Shown one piece after another: positions 27,701 through 42,700 of a stretch of 64,000 nt of DNA. The translations under genes and the position numbers were made by a program. Position 1 is the first letter of the stretch, and every line of letters starts with the position of its first letter. The DNA lies in contig JAUCBJ010009127.1 in assembly GCA_032718475.1 (NCBI GenBank), positions 1 through 64,000 of the forward strand, in the 5' to 3' direction. Origin of the DNA: Nemertoderma westbladi. Its lineage: Eukaryota; Animalia; Xenacoelomorpha. The notes under the pieces are model-generated. The model saw only the letters and a program-made list of their open reading frames with translations. It searched no databases and had not been told where the DNA came from.

Positions 27701-30700
27701 GTTGTGGTTACTTCCCGCACCCTTGCACTCTTCATCTTCTACTCAGTTGTGGTTCATTCTCGCAACCTTGCACTCTTCATCTTCCACTCAGTTGTGGTTC
27801 ATTCACCACGCACCCTTGCACTCTTCATCTTCCACTCAGTTGTGGTTAATTCCCACACCCTTGTAGTCTTCATCTTCCACTCAATTGTGGTTCATTCACT
27901 ACGCACCCTTGCACTCTTCATCTTCCACTCAGTTGTGGTTAATTCCCACACCCTTGCACTCTTCATCTTCTACTCAGTTGTGGTTCATTCCCGCAACCTT
28001 GCGCTCTTCATCTTCCACTCAGTTCTGGTTCATTCTCGACGCACCTTTGCACTCTTCATCTTCCACTCAGTTGTGGTTACTTCCCGCACCCTTGCACTCT
28101 TCATCTTCCACTCATTTGTGGTTAATTCCCGCACCCTTGCAGTCTTCATCTTCCACTCAGTTGTGGTTCATTCTCGCTCCCTTGCACTCTTTATCTTCCA
28201 CTCAGTTGTGGTTCATTCCCGCACCCTTGTACTCTTCATATTCCACTCAGTTGTGGTTCATTCTCACAGCCTTGCACTCTTCATCTTCCACTCAGTTGTA
28301 GTTCATTCCCGCACCCTTGCACTCTTCATATTCCACTCAGTTGTGGTTCACTCCCGCACCCTTGCATTCTTAATCTTCCACTCAGTTGTGGTTAATTCCC
28401 GCACCCTTGCAGTCTTCATCTTCCACTCAGTTGTGGTTCATTCTCGCTCCCTTGCACTCTTTATCTTCCACTCAGTTGTGGTTCATTCCCGCACCCTTGC
28501 AGTCTTCGTCTTCCACTCAGTTGTGGTTCATTCTCGCTCCCTTGCATTCTTCATCTTCCACTCAGTTGTGGTTCATTCTTGCTCCCTTGTACTCTTCATC
28601 TTCCACTCAGTTGTGGTTCATTCTCGCTCCCTTGCACTCTTTATCTTCCACTCAGTTGTGGTTCATTCCCGCAAACTTGTACTCTCCATCTTCCACTCAG
28701 TTGTGGTTCATTCCCGCCACCTTGTACTCTTCATCTTCCACTCAGTTGTGGTTAATTCCCGCACCCTTGCACACTTCATCTTCCACTCTGTTGTGGTTCA
28801 TTCCCGCAACCTTGTACTCTTCATCTTCCACTCAGTTGTGGTTCATTCCCGCACCCTTGCAGTCTTCGTCTTCCACTCAGTTGTGGTTCATTCTCGCTCC
28901 CTTGCATTCTTCATCTTCCACTCAGTTGTGGTTCATTCTTGCTCCCTTGTACTCTTCATCTTCCACTCAGTTGTGGTTCATTCTCGCTCCCTTGCACTCT
29001 TTATCTTCCACTCAGTTGTGGTTCATTCCCGCAAACTTGTACTCTCCATCTTCCACTCAGTTGTGGTTCATTCCCGCCACCTTGTACTCTTCATCTTCCA
29101 CTCAGTTGTGGTTAATTCCCGCACCCTTGCACACTTCATCTTCCACTCTGTTGTGGTTCATTCCCGCAACCTTGTACTCTTCATCTTCCACTCAGTTGTG
29201 GTTCATTCACGCACCCTTGCACTCTTCATCTTCCATTCAGTTGCGGTTCATTCACGCACCCTTGCACTTTTCATCCATCTTCCACTCAGTTGTGGTTCAT
29301 TCACGCACCCTTGTACTCTTCATCGTCCACTCAGTTGTGGTTAATTCCCGCACCCTTGCACTCTTTATCTTCCACTCAGTTGTGGTTCACTCCCACACCC
29401 TTGCACTCTTCATCTTCCACTCAGTTGTGGTTCATTCCCTCAACCTTACACTCTTCATCTTCCACTCAGTTGTGGTTCATTCCCGCAACATTGTACTCTT
29501 CATCTTCCACTCAGTTGTGGTTCACTCCCGCACCCTTGCACTCTTTATCTTCCACTCAGTTGTGGTTCACTCCCGCACCCTTGCACTCTTCATCTTCTAC
29601 TCAGTTGTGGTTCATTCTCGCTCCCTTGCACTCTCCATCTTCCACTCAGTTGTGGTTCATTCCCTCAACCTTGCACTCTTCATCTTCTACTCAGTTGTGG
29701 TTCATTCTCGCTCCCTTGCACTCTCCATCTTCCACTCAGTTGTGGTTCATTCCCTCAACCTTGCACTCTTCATCTTCCACTCAGTTGTGGTTCACTCCCG
29801 CACCCTTGCACTCTTTATCTTCCACTCAGTTGTGGTTCACTCCCGCACCCTTGCACTCTTCATCTTCTACTCAGTTGTGGTTCATTCTCGCTCCCTTGCA
29901 CTCTCCATCTTCCACTCAGTTGTGGTTCATTCCCTCAACCTTGCACTCTTCATCTTCCACTCAGTTGTGGTTCATTCTCGCTCCCTTGCACTCTCCATCT
30001 TCCACTCAGTTTGTTTCAATCCCGCAACCTTGCACTCTTCATCTTCCACTCAGTTGTGGTTCATTCTCACACCCTTGCACACTTCATCTTCCATACCATT
30101 GATGTTCATTCTCGCTCCCTTGCACTCTTCATCTTCCACTCAGTTGTGGTTAATTCCCGCACCCTTGCAGTCTTCATCTTCCACTCAGTTGTGGTTAATT
30201 CCCACACCCTTGCAGTCTTCATCTTCCACTCAGTTGTGGTTAATTCCCGCACCCTTGCAGTCTTCATCTTCCACTCAGTTTGTTTCAATCCCGCAACCTT
30301 GCGCTCTTCATCTTCCACTCAGTTGTGGTTCATTCTCACACCCTTGCACACTTCATCTTCCATACCATTGATGTTCATTCTCGCTCCCTTGCACTCTTCA
30401 TCTTCCACTCAGTTGTGGTTAATTCCCGCACCCTTGCAGTCTTCATCTTCCACTCAGTTGTGGTTAATTCCCACACCCTTGCAGTCTTCATCTTCCACTC
30501 AGTTGTGGTTAATTCCCGCACCCTTGCACTCTTCATCTTCCACTCAGTTGTGTTTCCCGCTCCCTTCCACTCTTCATCTTCCACTCAGTTGTGGTTCATT
30601 CACGCAACCTTGCACTCTTCATCTTCCACTCAGTTGTGGTTAATTCCCACACCCTTGCACTCTTCATCTTCCACTCAGTTGTGGTTAATTCCCACACCCT

Positions 30701-33700
30701 TGCAGTCTTCATCTTCCACTCAGTTGTGGTTAATTCCCGCACCCTTGCACTCTTCATCTTCTACTCAGTTGTGGTTCATTCCCGCAAACTTGCACTCTCC
30801 ATCTTCCACTCAGTTGTGGTTCATTCACGACGCACCCTTGCACTCTTCATCTTCCACTCATTTGTGGTTAATTCCCGCACCCTTGCAGTCTTCATCTTCC
30901 ACTCAGTTGTGGTTCATTCTCGCTCCCTTGCACTCTTTATCTTCCACTCAGTTGTGGTTCATTCCCGCACCCTTGTACTCTTCATATTCCACTCAGTTGT
31001 GGTTCATTCTCACAGCCTTGCACTCTTCATCTTCCACTCAGTTGTAGTTCATTCCCGCACCATTGCAGTCTTCGTCTTCCACTCAGTTGTGGTTCATTCT
31101 CGCTCCCTTGCACTCTTTATCTTCCACTCAGTTGTGGTTCATTCCCGCACCCTTGCAGTCTTCGTCTTCCACTCAGTTGTGGTTCATTCTCGCTCCCTTG
31201 CAGTCTTCATCTTCCACTCAGTTGTGGTTCATTCTTGCTCCCTTGTACTCTTCATCTTCCACTCAGTTGTGGTTCATTCTCGCTCCCTTGCACTCCTCGT
31301 GGTTCATTCTCGCTCCCTTGCACTCTTTATCTTCCACTCAGTTGTGGTTCATTCCCGCAACCTTGTACTCTCCATCTTCCACTCAGTTGTGGTTCATTCC
31401 CTCACCCTTGTACTCTTCATCTTCCACTCAGTTGTGGTTCATTCTCGCACCCTTGCACTCTCCATCTTCCACTCAGTTGTGGTTCATTCCCGCCACCTTG
31501 TACTCTTCATCTTCCACTCAGTTGTGGTTCATTCACGCTCCCTTGCACTCCTCGTGGTTCATTCTCGCTCCCTTGCACTCTTTATCTTCCACTCAGTTGT
31601 GGTTCATTCCCGCAACCTTGTACTCTCCATCTTCCACTCAGTTGTGGTTCATTCCCGCACCCTTGTACTCTTCATCTTCCACTCAGTTGTTGTTCATTCT
31701 CGCACCCTTGCACTCTCCATCTTCCACTCAGTTGTGGTTCATTCCCGCACCCTTGCATTCTTCATCTTCCACTCAGTTGTGGTTAATTCCCGCACCTTTG
31801 CAGTCTTCATCTTCCACTCAGTTGTGGTTCATTCTCGCTCCCTTGCACTCTTTATCTTCCACTCAGTTGTGGTTCATTCCCGCACCCTTGCAGTCTTTAT
31901 CTTCCACTCAGTTGTGGTTCATTCCCACAACCTTGTACTCTCCATCTTCCACTCAGTTGTGGTTCATTCCCGCCACCTTGCACTCTTCATCTTCCACTCA
32001 GTTGTGGTTCATTCTCGCTCCCTTGCACTCTTTATCTTCCACTCAGTTGTGGTTCATTCCCGCACCCTTGCAGTCTTTATCTTCCACTCAGTTGTGGTTC
32101 ATTCCCACAACCTTGTACTCTCCATCTTCCACTCAGTTGTGGTTCATTCCCGCCACCTTGCACTCTCCATCTTCCACTCAGTTGTGGTTCATTCCCGCAC
32201 CCTTGTACTCTTCATCTTCCACTCAGTTGTGGTTCATTCTCGCACCCTTGCACTATTTATCTTCCACTCAGTTGTGGTTCATTCTCGCTCCCTTGCACTC
32301 TTCTTCTTCCACTCAGTTTTGGTTCATTCACGACGCACCCTTGCATTCTTCATCTTCCACTCAGTTGTGGTTCATTCCCGCACCCTTGTACTCTTCATCT
32401 TCCACTCAGTTGTGGTTCATTCCCGCACCCTTGTACTCTTCATCTTCCACTCAGTTGTGGTTCATTCTCGCACCCTTGCACTCTTCATCTTCCACTCAGT
32501 TTTGGTTCATTCACGCAACCTTCTACTCTTCATCTTCCACTCAATTGTGGTTCATTCTCGCACCCTTGCACTCTTTATCTTCCACTCAGTTGTGGTTCAT
32601 TCTCGCACCCTTGCACTCTTCATCTTCCACTCAGTTGTGGTTCATTCCCGCACCCTTGTACTCTTCATCTTCCACTCAGTTGTGGTTCATTCTCGCACCC
32701 TTGCACTCTTCATCTTCCACTCAGTTTTGGTTCATTCACGCAACCTTCTACTCTTCATCTTCCACTCAGTTGTGGTTCATTCCCGCACCCTTGTACTCTT
32801 CATCTTCCACTCAGTTGTGGTTCATTCTCGCACCCTTGCACTCTTCATCTTCCACTCAGTTTTGGTTCATTCACGCAACCTTCTACTCTTTATCTTCCAC
32901 TCAGTTGCGGTTCATTCCCGCACCCTAGCACTCTTCATCATCCACTCAGTTGTGGTTCATTCACGCACCCTTGTACTCTTCATCTTCCACTCAGTTGTGG
33001 TTCATTCCCACAACCTTGCACTTTTCGTGTTTCAATCCCACAGCCTTGCACTCTTCATCTTCCACTCAGTTGTGGTTCATTCACGCACCCTTGTACTCTC
33101 CATCTTCCACTCAGTTGTGGTTCATTCCCGCAACCTTGTACTCTCCATCTTCCACTCAGTTGTGGTTAATTCCCGCACCTTTGCAGTCTTCATCTTCCAC
33201 TCAGTTGTGGTTCATTCTCGCTCCCTTGTACTCTTCATCTTCCACTCAGTTGTGGTACATTCCCGCACCCTTGTACTCTTCATCTTCCACTCAGTTGTTG
33301 TTCACTCCCGCTCCCTTGCATTCTTTATCTTCCACTCAGTTGTGGTTCATTCCCGCAACCTTGTACTCTCCATCTTCCACTCAGTTGTGGTTCATTCCCG
33401 CACCCTTGTACTCTTCATCTTCCACTCAGTTGTGGTTCATTCTCGCACCCTTGCACTCTTTATCTTCCACTCAGTTGTGGTTCATTCCCGCAACCTTGTA
33501 CTCTCCATCTTCCACTCAGTTGTGGTTCATTCCCGCACCCTTGTACTCTTCATCTTCCACTCAGTTGTGGTTCATTCTCGCACCCTTGCACTCTTTATCT
33601 TCCACTCAGTTGTGGTTCATTCTCGCTCCCTTGCACTCTTCATCTTCTACTCAGTTGTGGTTCATTCTCGCACCCTTGTACTCTTCATCGTCCACTCAGT

Positions 33701-36700
33701 TGTGGTTAATTCCCGCACCCTTGCACTCTTTATCTTCCACTCAGTTGTGGTTCACTCCCGCACCCTTGCACTCTTCATCTTCCACTCAGTTGTGGTTCAT
33801 TCCCTCAACCTTACACTCTTCATCTTCCACTCAGTTGTGGTTCATTCCCGCAACATTGTACTCTTCATCTTCCACTCAGTTGTGGTTCACTCCCGCACCC
33901 TTGCACTCTTTATCTTCCACTCAGTTGTGGTTCACTCCCGCACCCTTGCACTCTTCATCTTCTACTCAGTTGTGGTTCATTCTCGCTCCCTTGCACTCTC
34001 CATCTTCCACTCAGTTGTGGTTCATTCCCTCAACCTTGCACTCTTCATCTTCTACTCAGTTGTGGTTCATTCTCGCTCCCTTGCACTCTCCATCTTCCAC
34101 TCAGTTTGTTTCAATCCCGCAACCTTGCACTCTTCATCTTCCACTCAGTTGTGGTTCATTCTCACACCCTTGCACACTTCATCTTCCATACCATTGATGT
34201 TCATTATCGCTCCCTTGTACTCTTCATCTTCCACTCAGTTGTGGTTCATTCCCGTACCCTTGCAGTCTTCATCTTCCACTCAGTTTGTTTCAATCCCGCA
34301 ACCTTGCGCTCTTCATCTTCCACTCAGTTGTGGTTCACTCACGAAGCACCCTTGCACTCTTCATCTTCCACTCAGTTGTGGTTCATTCTCGCTCCCTTGC
34401 ACTCTCCATCTTCCACTCAGTTTGTTTCAATCCCGCAACCTTGCACTCTTCATCTTCCACTCAGTTGTGGTTCATTCTCACACCCTTGCAGTCTTCATCT
34501 TCCACTCAGTTGTGGTTAATTCCCACACCCTTGCAGTCTTCATCTTCCACTCAGTTGTGGTTAATTCCCACACCCTTGCAGTCTTCATCTTCCACTCAGT
34601 TGTGGTTAATTCCCGCACCCTTGCAGTCTTCATCTTCCACTCAGTTTGTTTCAATCCCGCAACCTTGCGCTCTTCATCTTCCACTCAGTTGTGGTTCATT
34701 CTCACACCCTTGCACACTTCATCTTCCATACCATTGATGTTCATTCTCGCTCCCTTGCACTCTTCATCTTCCACTCAGTTGTGGTTAATTCCCGCACCCT
34801 TGCAGTCTTCATCTTCCACTCAGTTGTGGTTAATTCCCACACCCTTGCAGTCTTCATCTTCCACTCAGTTGTGGTTAATTCCCGCACCCTTGCACTCTTC
34901 ATCTTCCACTCAGTTGTGTTTCCCGCTCCCTTCCACTCTTCATCTTCCACTCAGTTGTGGTTCATTCACGCAACCTTGCACTCTTCATCTTCCACTCAGT
35001 TGTGGTTAATTCCCACACCCTTGCACTCTTCATCTTCCACTCAGTTGTGGTTAATTCCCACACCCTTGCAGTCTTCATCTTCCACTCAGTTGTGGTTAAT
35101 TCCCGCACCCTTGCACTCTTCATCTTCTACTCAGTTGTGGTTCATTCCCGCAAACTTGCACTCTCCATCTTCCACTCAGTTGTGGTTCATTCACGACGCA
35201 CCCTTGCACTCTTCATCTTCCACTCATTTGTGGTTAATTCCCGCACCCTTGCAGTCTTCATCTTCCACTCAGTTGTGGTTCATTCTCGCTCCCTTGCACT
35301 CTTTATCTTCCACTCAGTTGTGGTTCATTCCCGCACCCTTGTACTCTTCATATTCCACTCAGTTGTGGTTCATTCTCACAGCCTTGCACTCTTCATCTTC
35401 CACTCAGTTGTGGTTCATTCTTGCTCCCTTGTACTCTTCATCTTCCACTCAGTTGTGGTTCATTCTCGCTCCCTTGCACTCTTTATCTTCCACTCAGTTG
35501 TGGTTCATTCCCGCAACCTTGTACTCTCCATCTTCCACTCAGTTGTGGTTCATTCCCGCCACCTTGTACTCTTCATCTTCCACTCAGTTGTGGTTCATTC
35601 ACGCTCCCTTGCACTCCTCGTGGTTCATTCTCGCTCCCTTGCACTCTTTATCTTCCACTCAGTTGTGGTTCATTCCCGCAACCTTGTACTCTCCATCTTC
35701 CACTCAGTTGTGGTTCATTCCCGCACCCTTGTACTCTTCATCTTCCACTCAGTTGTGGTTCATTCTCGCACCCTTGCAGTCTTCGTCTTCCACTCAGTTG
35801 TGGTTCATTCTCGCTCCCTTGCACTCTTTATCTTCCACTCAGTTGTGGTTCATTCCCGCACCCTTGCAGTCTTCGTCTTCCACTCAGTTGTGGTTCATTC
35901 TCGCTCCCTTGCAGTCTTCATCTTCCACTCAGTTGTGGTTCATTCTTGCTCCCTTGTACTCTTCATCTTCCACTCAGTTGTGGTTCATTCTCGCTCCCTT
36001 GCACTCTTTATCTTCCACTCAGTTGTGGTTCATTCCCGCAACCTTGTACTCTCCATCTTCCACTCAGTTGTGGTTCATTCCCGCCACCTTGTACTCTTCA
36101 TCTTCCACTCAGTTGTGGTTCATTCACGCTCCCTTGCACTCCTCGTGGTTCATTCTCGCTCCCTTGCACTCTTTATCTTCCACTCAGTTGTGGTTCATTC
36201 CCGCAACCTTGTACTCTCCATCTTCCACTCAGTTGTGGTTCATTCCCGCACCCTTGTACTCTTCATCTTCCACTCAGTTGTGGTTCATTCTCGCACCCTT
36301 GCACTCTCCATCTTCCACTCAGTTGTGGTTCATTCCCGCACCCTTGCATTCTTCATCTTCCACTCAGTTGTGGTTAATTCCCGCACCTTTGCAGTCTTCA
36401 TCTTCCACTCAGTTGTGGTTCATTCTCGCTCCCTTGCACTCTTTATCTTCCACTCAGTTGTGGTTCATTCCCGCACCCTTGCAGTCTTTATCTTCCACTC
36501 AGTTGTGGTTCATTCCCACAACCTTGTACTCTCCATCTTCCACTCAGTTGTGGTTCATTCCCGCCACCTTGCACTCTTCATCTTCCACTCAGTTGTGGTT
36601 CATTCTCGCTCCCTTGCACTCTTTATCTTCCACTCAGTTGTGGTTCATTCCCGCACCCTTGCAGTCTTTATCTTCCACTCAGTTGTGGTTCATTCCCACA

Positions 36701-39700
36701 ACCTTGTACTCTCCATCTTCCACTCAGTTGTGGTTCATTCCCGCCACCTTGCACTCTCCATCTTCCACTCAGTTGTGGTTCATTCCCGCACCCTTGTACT
36801 CTTCATCTTCCACTCAGTTGTGGTTCATTCTCGCACCCTTGCACTCTTTATCTTCCACTCAGTTGTGGTTCATTCTCGCTCCCTTGCACTCTTTTTCTTC
36901 CACTCAGTTTTGGTTCATTCACGACGCACCCTTGCATTCTTCATCTTCCACTCAGTTGTGGTTCATTCCCGCACCCTTGTACTCTTCATCTTCCACTCAG
37001 TTGTGGTTCATTCCCGCACCCTTGTACTCTTCATCTTCCACTCAGTTGTGGTTCATTCCCGCACCCTAGCACTCTTCATCATCCACTCAGTTGTGGTTCA
37101 TTCACGCACCATTGTACTCTTCATCTTCCACTCAGTTGTGGTTCATTCCCACAACCTTGCACTTTTCGTGTTTCAATCCCACACCCTTGCAGTCTTCATC
37201 TTCCACTCAGTTGTGGTTCATTCACGCACCCTTGTACTCTCCATCTTCCACTCAGTTGTGGTTCATTCCCGCAACCTTGTACTCTCCATCTTCCACTCAG
37301 TTGTGGTTAATTCCCGCACCTTTGCAGTCTTCATCTTCCACTCAGTTGTGGTTCATTCTCGCTCCCTTGTACTCTTCATCTTCCACTCAGTTGTGGTACA
37401 TTCCCGCACCCTTGTACTCTTCATCTTCCACTCACTTGTTGTTCACTCCCGCTCCCTCGCATTCTTTATCTTCCACTCAGTTGTGGTTCATTCCCGCAAC
37501 CTTGTACTCTCCATCTTCCACTCAGTTGTGGTTCATTCCCGCACCCTTGTACTCTTCATCTTCCACTCAGTTGTGGTTCATTCTCGCACCCTTGCACTCT
37601 TTATCTTCCACTCAGTTGTGGTTCATTCCCGCAACCTTGCACTCTCCATCTTCCACTCAGTTGTGGTTCATTCCCGCACCCTTGTACTCTTCATCTTCCA
37701 CTCAGTTGTGGTTCATTCTCGCACCCTTGCACTCTTTATCTTCCACTCAGTTGTGGTTCATTCTCGCTCCCTTGCACTCTTCATCTTCCACTCAGTTTTG
37801 GTTCAATCACGACGCACCCTTGCAGTCTTCATCTTCCACTCAGTTGTGGTTCATTCCCGCACCCTTGTACTCTTCATCTTCCACTCAGTTGTGGTTCATT
37901 CCCGCACCCTTGCATTCTTCATCTTCCACTCAGTTGTGGTTCATTCCCGCACCCTAGTACTCTTCATCTTCCACTCAGTTGTGGTTAATTCCCACACCCT
38001 TGTACTCTTCATCTTCCACTCAGTTGTGGTTCATTCCCGCAACCTTGTACTCTCCATCTTCCACTCAGTTGTGGTTCATTCCCGCACCCTTGTACTCTTC
38101 ATCTTCCACTCAGTTGTGGTTCATTCCCGCACCCTTGCAGTCTTCATCTTCCACTCAGTTGTGGTTCATTCCCGCACCCTTGCACTCTTCATCTTCCACT
38201 CAGTTGTGGTTCATTCTCGCTCCCTTGTACTCTTCATCTTCCACTCAGTTGTGGTTCATTCTCGCTCCCTTGTACTCTTCATCTTCCACTCAGTTGTGGT
38301 TCATTCTCGCTCCCTTGCACTCTTTATCTTCCACTCAGTTGCGGTTCATTCCCGCAACCTTGTACTCTCCATCTTCCACTCAGTTGTGGTTCATTCCCGC
38401 ACCCTTGTACTCTTCATCTTCCACTCAGTTGTGGTTCATTCTCGCACCCTTGCACTCTTTATCTTCCACTCAGTTGTGGTTCATTCTCGCTCCCTTGCAC
38501 TCTTCATCTTCCACTCAGTTTTGGTTCAATCACGACGCACCCTTGCAGTCTTCATCTTCCACTCAGTTGTGGTTCATTCCCGCACCCTTGTACTCTTCAT
38601 CTTCCACTCAGTTGTGGTTCATTCCCGCACCCTTGCATTCTTCATCTTCCACTCAGTTGTGGTTCATTCCCGCACCCTTGTACTCTTCATCTTCCACTCA
38701 GTTGTGGTTCATTCCCGCACCCTTGTACTCTTCATCTTCCACTCAGTTGTGGTTCATTCTCGCACCCTTGCACTCTTTATCTTCCACTCAGTTGTGGTTC
38801 ATTCTCGCTCCCTTGCACTCTTCATCTTCCACTCAGTTTTGGTTCAATCACGACGCACCCTTGCAGTCTTCATCTTCCACTCAGTTGTGGTTCATTCCCG
38901 CACCCTTGTACTCTTCATCTTCCACTCAGTTGTGGTTCATTCCCGCACCCTTGCATTCTTCATCTTCCACTCAGTTGTGGTTCATTCCCGCACCCTTGTA
39001 CTCTTCATCTTCCACTCAGTTGTGGTTCATTCCCGCACCCTTGCATTCTTCATCTTCCACTCAGTTGTGGTTCATTCCCGCACCCTTGCAGTCTTCATCT
39101 TCCACTCAGTTGTGGTTCATTCCCGCACCCTAGTACTCTTCATCTTCCACTCAGTTGTGGTTCATTCCCGCACCCTTGCATTCTTCATCTTCCACTCAGT
39201 TGTGGTTCATTCCCGCACCCTTGCAGTCTTCATCTTCCACTCAGTTGCGGTTCATTCCCGCACCCTTGTACTCTTCATCTTCCACTCAGTTGTGATTCAT
39301 TCCCGCACCCTAGCACTCTTCATCTTCCACTCAGTTGTGGTTCATTCTCGCTCCCTTGTACTCTTCATCTTCCACTCAGTTGTGGTTCATTCCCGCACCC
39401 TTGTACTCTTCATCTTCCACTCAGTTGTGGTTCATTCCCGCACCCTTGCAGTCTTCATCTTCCACTCAGTTGTGGTTCATTCCCGCAACCTTGTACTCTC
39501 CATCTTCCACTCAGTTGTGGTTCATTCCCGCACCCCTCTACTCTTCATCTTCCACTCAGTTGTGGTTCATTCCCGCACCCTTGCAGTCTTCATCTTCCAC
39601 TCAGTTGTGGTTCATTCCCGCAACATTGTACTCTCCATCTTCCACTCAGTTGTGGTTCATTCCCGCACCCTTGTACTCTTCATCTTCCACTCAGTTGTGG

Positions 39701-42700
39701 TTCATTCCCGCACCCTTGTACTCTTCATCTTCCACTCAGTTGTGGTTCATTCCCGCACCCTTGTACTCTTCATCTTCCACTCAGTTGTGGTTCATTCCCG
39801 CACCCTTGTACTCTTCATCTTCCACTCAGTTTTGGTTCAATCACGACGCACCCTTGCAGTCTTCATCTTCCACTCAGTTGTGGTTCATTCCCGCACCCTT
39901 GTACTCTTCATCTTCCACTCAGTTGTGGTTCATTCCCGCACCCTTGCATTCTTCATCTTCCACTCAGTTGTGGTTCATTCCCGCACCCTTGTACTCTTCA
40001 TCTTCCACTCAGTTGTGGTTCATTCCCGCACCCTTGCAGTCTTCATCTTCCACTCAGTTGTGGTTCATTCCCGCACCCTTGCACTCTTCATCTTCCACTC
40101 AGTTGTGGTTCATTCTCGCTCCCTTGTACTCTTCATCTTCCACTCAGTTGTGGTTCATTCCCGCACCCTTGTACTCTTCATCTTCCACTCAGTTGTGGTT
40201 CATTCCCGCACCCTTGCAGTCTTCATCTTCCACTCAGTTGTGGTTCATTCCCGCAACCTTGTACTCTCCATCTTCCACTCAGTTGTGGTTCATTCCCGCA
40301 CCCTTGTACTCTTCATCTTCCACTCAGTTGTGGTTCATTCCCGCACCCTTGCAGTCTTCATCTTCCACTCAGTTGTGGTTCATTCACGCACCCTTGTACT
40401 CTTCATCTTCCACTCAGTTGTGGTTCATTCCCGCACCCTTGCACTCTTCATCTTCCACTCAGTTGTGGTTCATTCCCGCACCCTTGTACTCTTCATCTTC
40501 CACTCAGTTGTGGTTCATTCCCGCACCCTTGTACTCTTCATCTTCCACTCAGTTGTGGTTCATTCACGACGCACCCTTGCACTCTTCACCATCCACTCAG
40601 TTGTGGTTCATTCTCGCTCCCTTGTACTCTTCATCTTCCACTCAGTTGTGGTTCATTCCCGCACCCTTGTACTCTTCATCTTCCACTCAGTTGTGGTTCA
40701 TTCTCGCTCCCTTGCACTCTTTATCTTCCACTCAGTTGTGGTTCATTCCCGCAACCTTGTACTCTCCATCTTCCACTCAGTTGTGGTTCATTCCCGCCAC
40801 CTTGTACTCTTCATCTTCCACTCAGTTGTGGTTCATTCACGCTCCCTTGACTCTTCATCTTCCACTCAGTTGTGGTTCATTCTCGCTCCCTTGCACTCTT
40901 CATCTTCCACTCAGTTGTGGTTCATTCCCGCACCCTTGTACTCTTCATCTTCCACTCAGTTGTGGTTCATTCCCGCACCCTTGTACTCTTCATCTTCCAC
41001 TCAGTTGTGGTTCATTCTCGCCCCTTGCACTCTTCATCTTCCACTCAGTTGTGGTTCATTCTCGCACCCTTGTACTCTTCATCTTCCACTCAGTTGTGGT
41101 TCATTCCCGCACCCTTGTACTCTTCATCTTCCACTCAGTTGTGGTTCATTCCCGCACCCTTGTACTCTTCATCTTCCACTCAGTTGTGGTTCATTCTCGC
41201 ACCCTTGCACTCTTTATCTTCCACTCAGTTGTGGTTCATTCTCGCTCCCTTGCACTCTTCATCTTCCACTCAGTTGTGGTTCATTCACGACGCACCCTTG
41301 CACTCTTCATCTTCCACTCAGTTGTGGTTCATTCCCGCTCCCTTGTACTCTTCATCTTCCACTCAGTTGTGGTTCATTCTCGCTCCCTTGCACTCTTCAT
41401 CTTCCACTCAGTTGTGGTTCATTCCCGCACCCTTGTACTCTTCATCTTCCACTCAGTTGTGGTTCATTCCCGCACCCTTGTACTCTTCATCTTCCACTCA
41501 GTTGTGGTTCATTCTCGCACCCTTGCACTCTTCATCTTCCACTCAGTTGTGGTTCATTCCCGCACCCTTGCACTCTTCATCTTCCACTCAGTTGTGGTTC
41601 ATTCTCGCTCCCTTGTACTCTTCATCTTCCACTCAGTTGTGGTTCATTCCCGCACCCTTGTACTCTTCATCTTCCACTCAGTTGTGGTTCATTCCCGCAC
41701 CCTTGTACTCTTCATCTTCCACTCAGTTGTGGTTCATTCCCGCCACCTTGCACTCTCCATCTTCCACTCAGTTGTGGTTCATTCTCGCACCCTTGTACTC
41801 TTCATCTTCCACTCAGTTGTGGTTCATTCCCGCACCCTTGTACTCTTCATCTTCCACTCAGTTGTGGTTCATTCACGACGCACCCTTGTACTCTTCATCT
41901 TCCACTCAGTTGTGGTTCATTCTCACACCCTTGTACTCTTCATCTTCCACTCAGTTGTGGTTCATTCCCGCACCCTTGTACTCTTCATCTTCCACTCAGT
42001 TGTGGTTCATTCACGACGCACCCTTGCACTCTTCATCTTCCACTCAGTTGTGGTTCATTCTCGCTCCCTTGTACTCTTCATCTTCCACTCAGTTGTGGTT
42101 CATTCTCGCTCCCTTGTACTCTTCATCTTCCACTCAGTTGTGGTTCATTCTCGCTCCCTTGTACTCTTCATCTTCCACTCAGTTGTGGTTCATTCCCGCA
42201 CCCTTGCAGTCTTCATCTTCCACTCAGTTGTGGTTCATTCACGCACCCTTGTACTCTTCATCTTCCACTCAGTTGTGGTTCATTCCCGCACCCTTGCACT
42301 CTTCATCTTCCACTCAGTTGTGGTTCATTCTCGCTCCCTTGTACTCTTCATCTTCCACTCAGTTGTGGTTCATTCCCGCACCCTTGTACTCTTCATCTTC
42401 CACTCAGTTGTGGTTCATTCCCGCACCCTTGTACTCTTCATCTTCCACTCAGTTGTGGTTCATTCACGACGCACCCTTGCACTCTTCACCATCCACTCAG
42501 TTGTGGTTCATTCTCGCTCCCTTGTACTCTTCATCTTCCACTCAGTTGTGGTTCATTCCCGCACCCTTGTACTCTTCATCTTCCACTCAGTTGTGGTTCA
42601 TTCTCACACCCTTGTACTCTTCATCTTCCACTCAGTTGTGGTTCATTCCCGCACCCTTGTACTCTTCATCTTCCACTCAGTTGTGGTTCATTCACGACGC

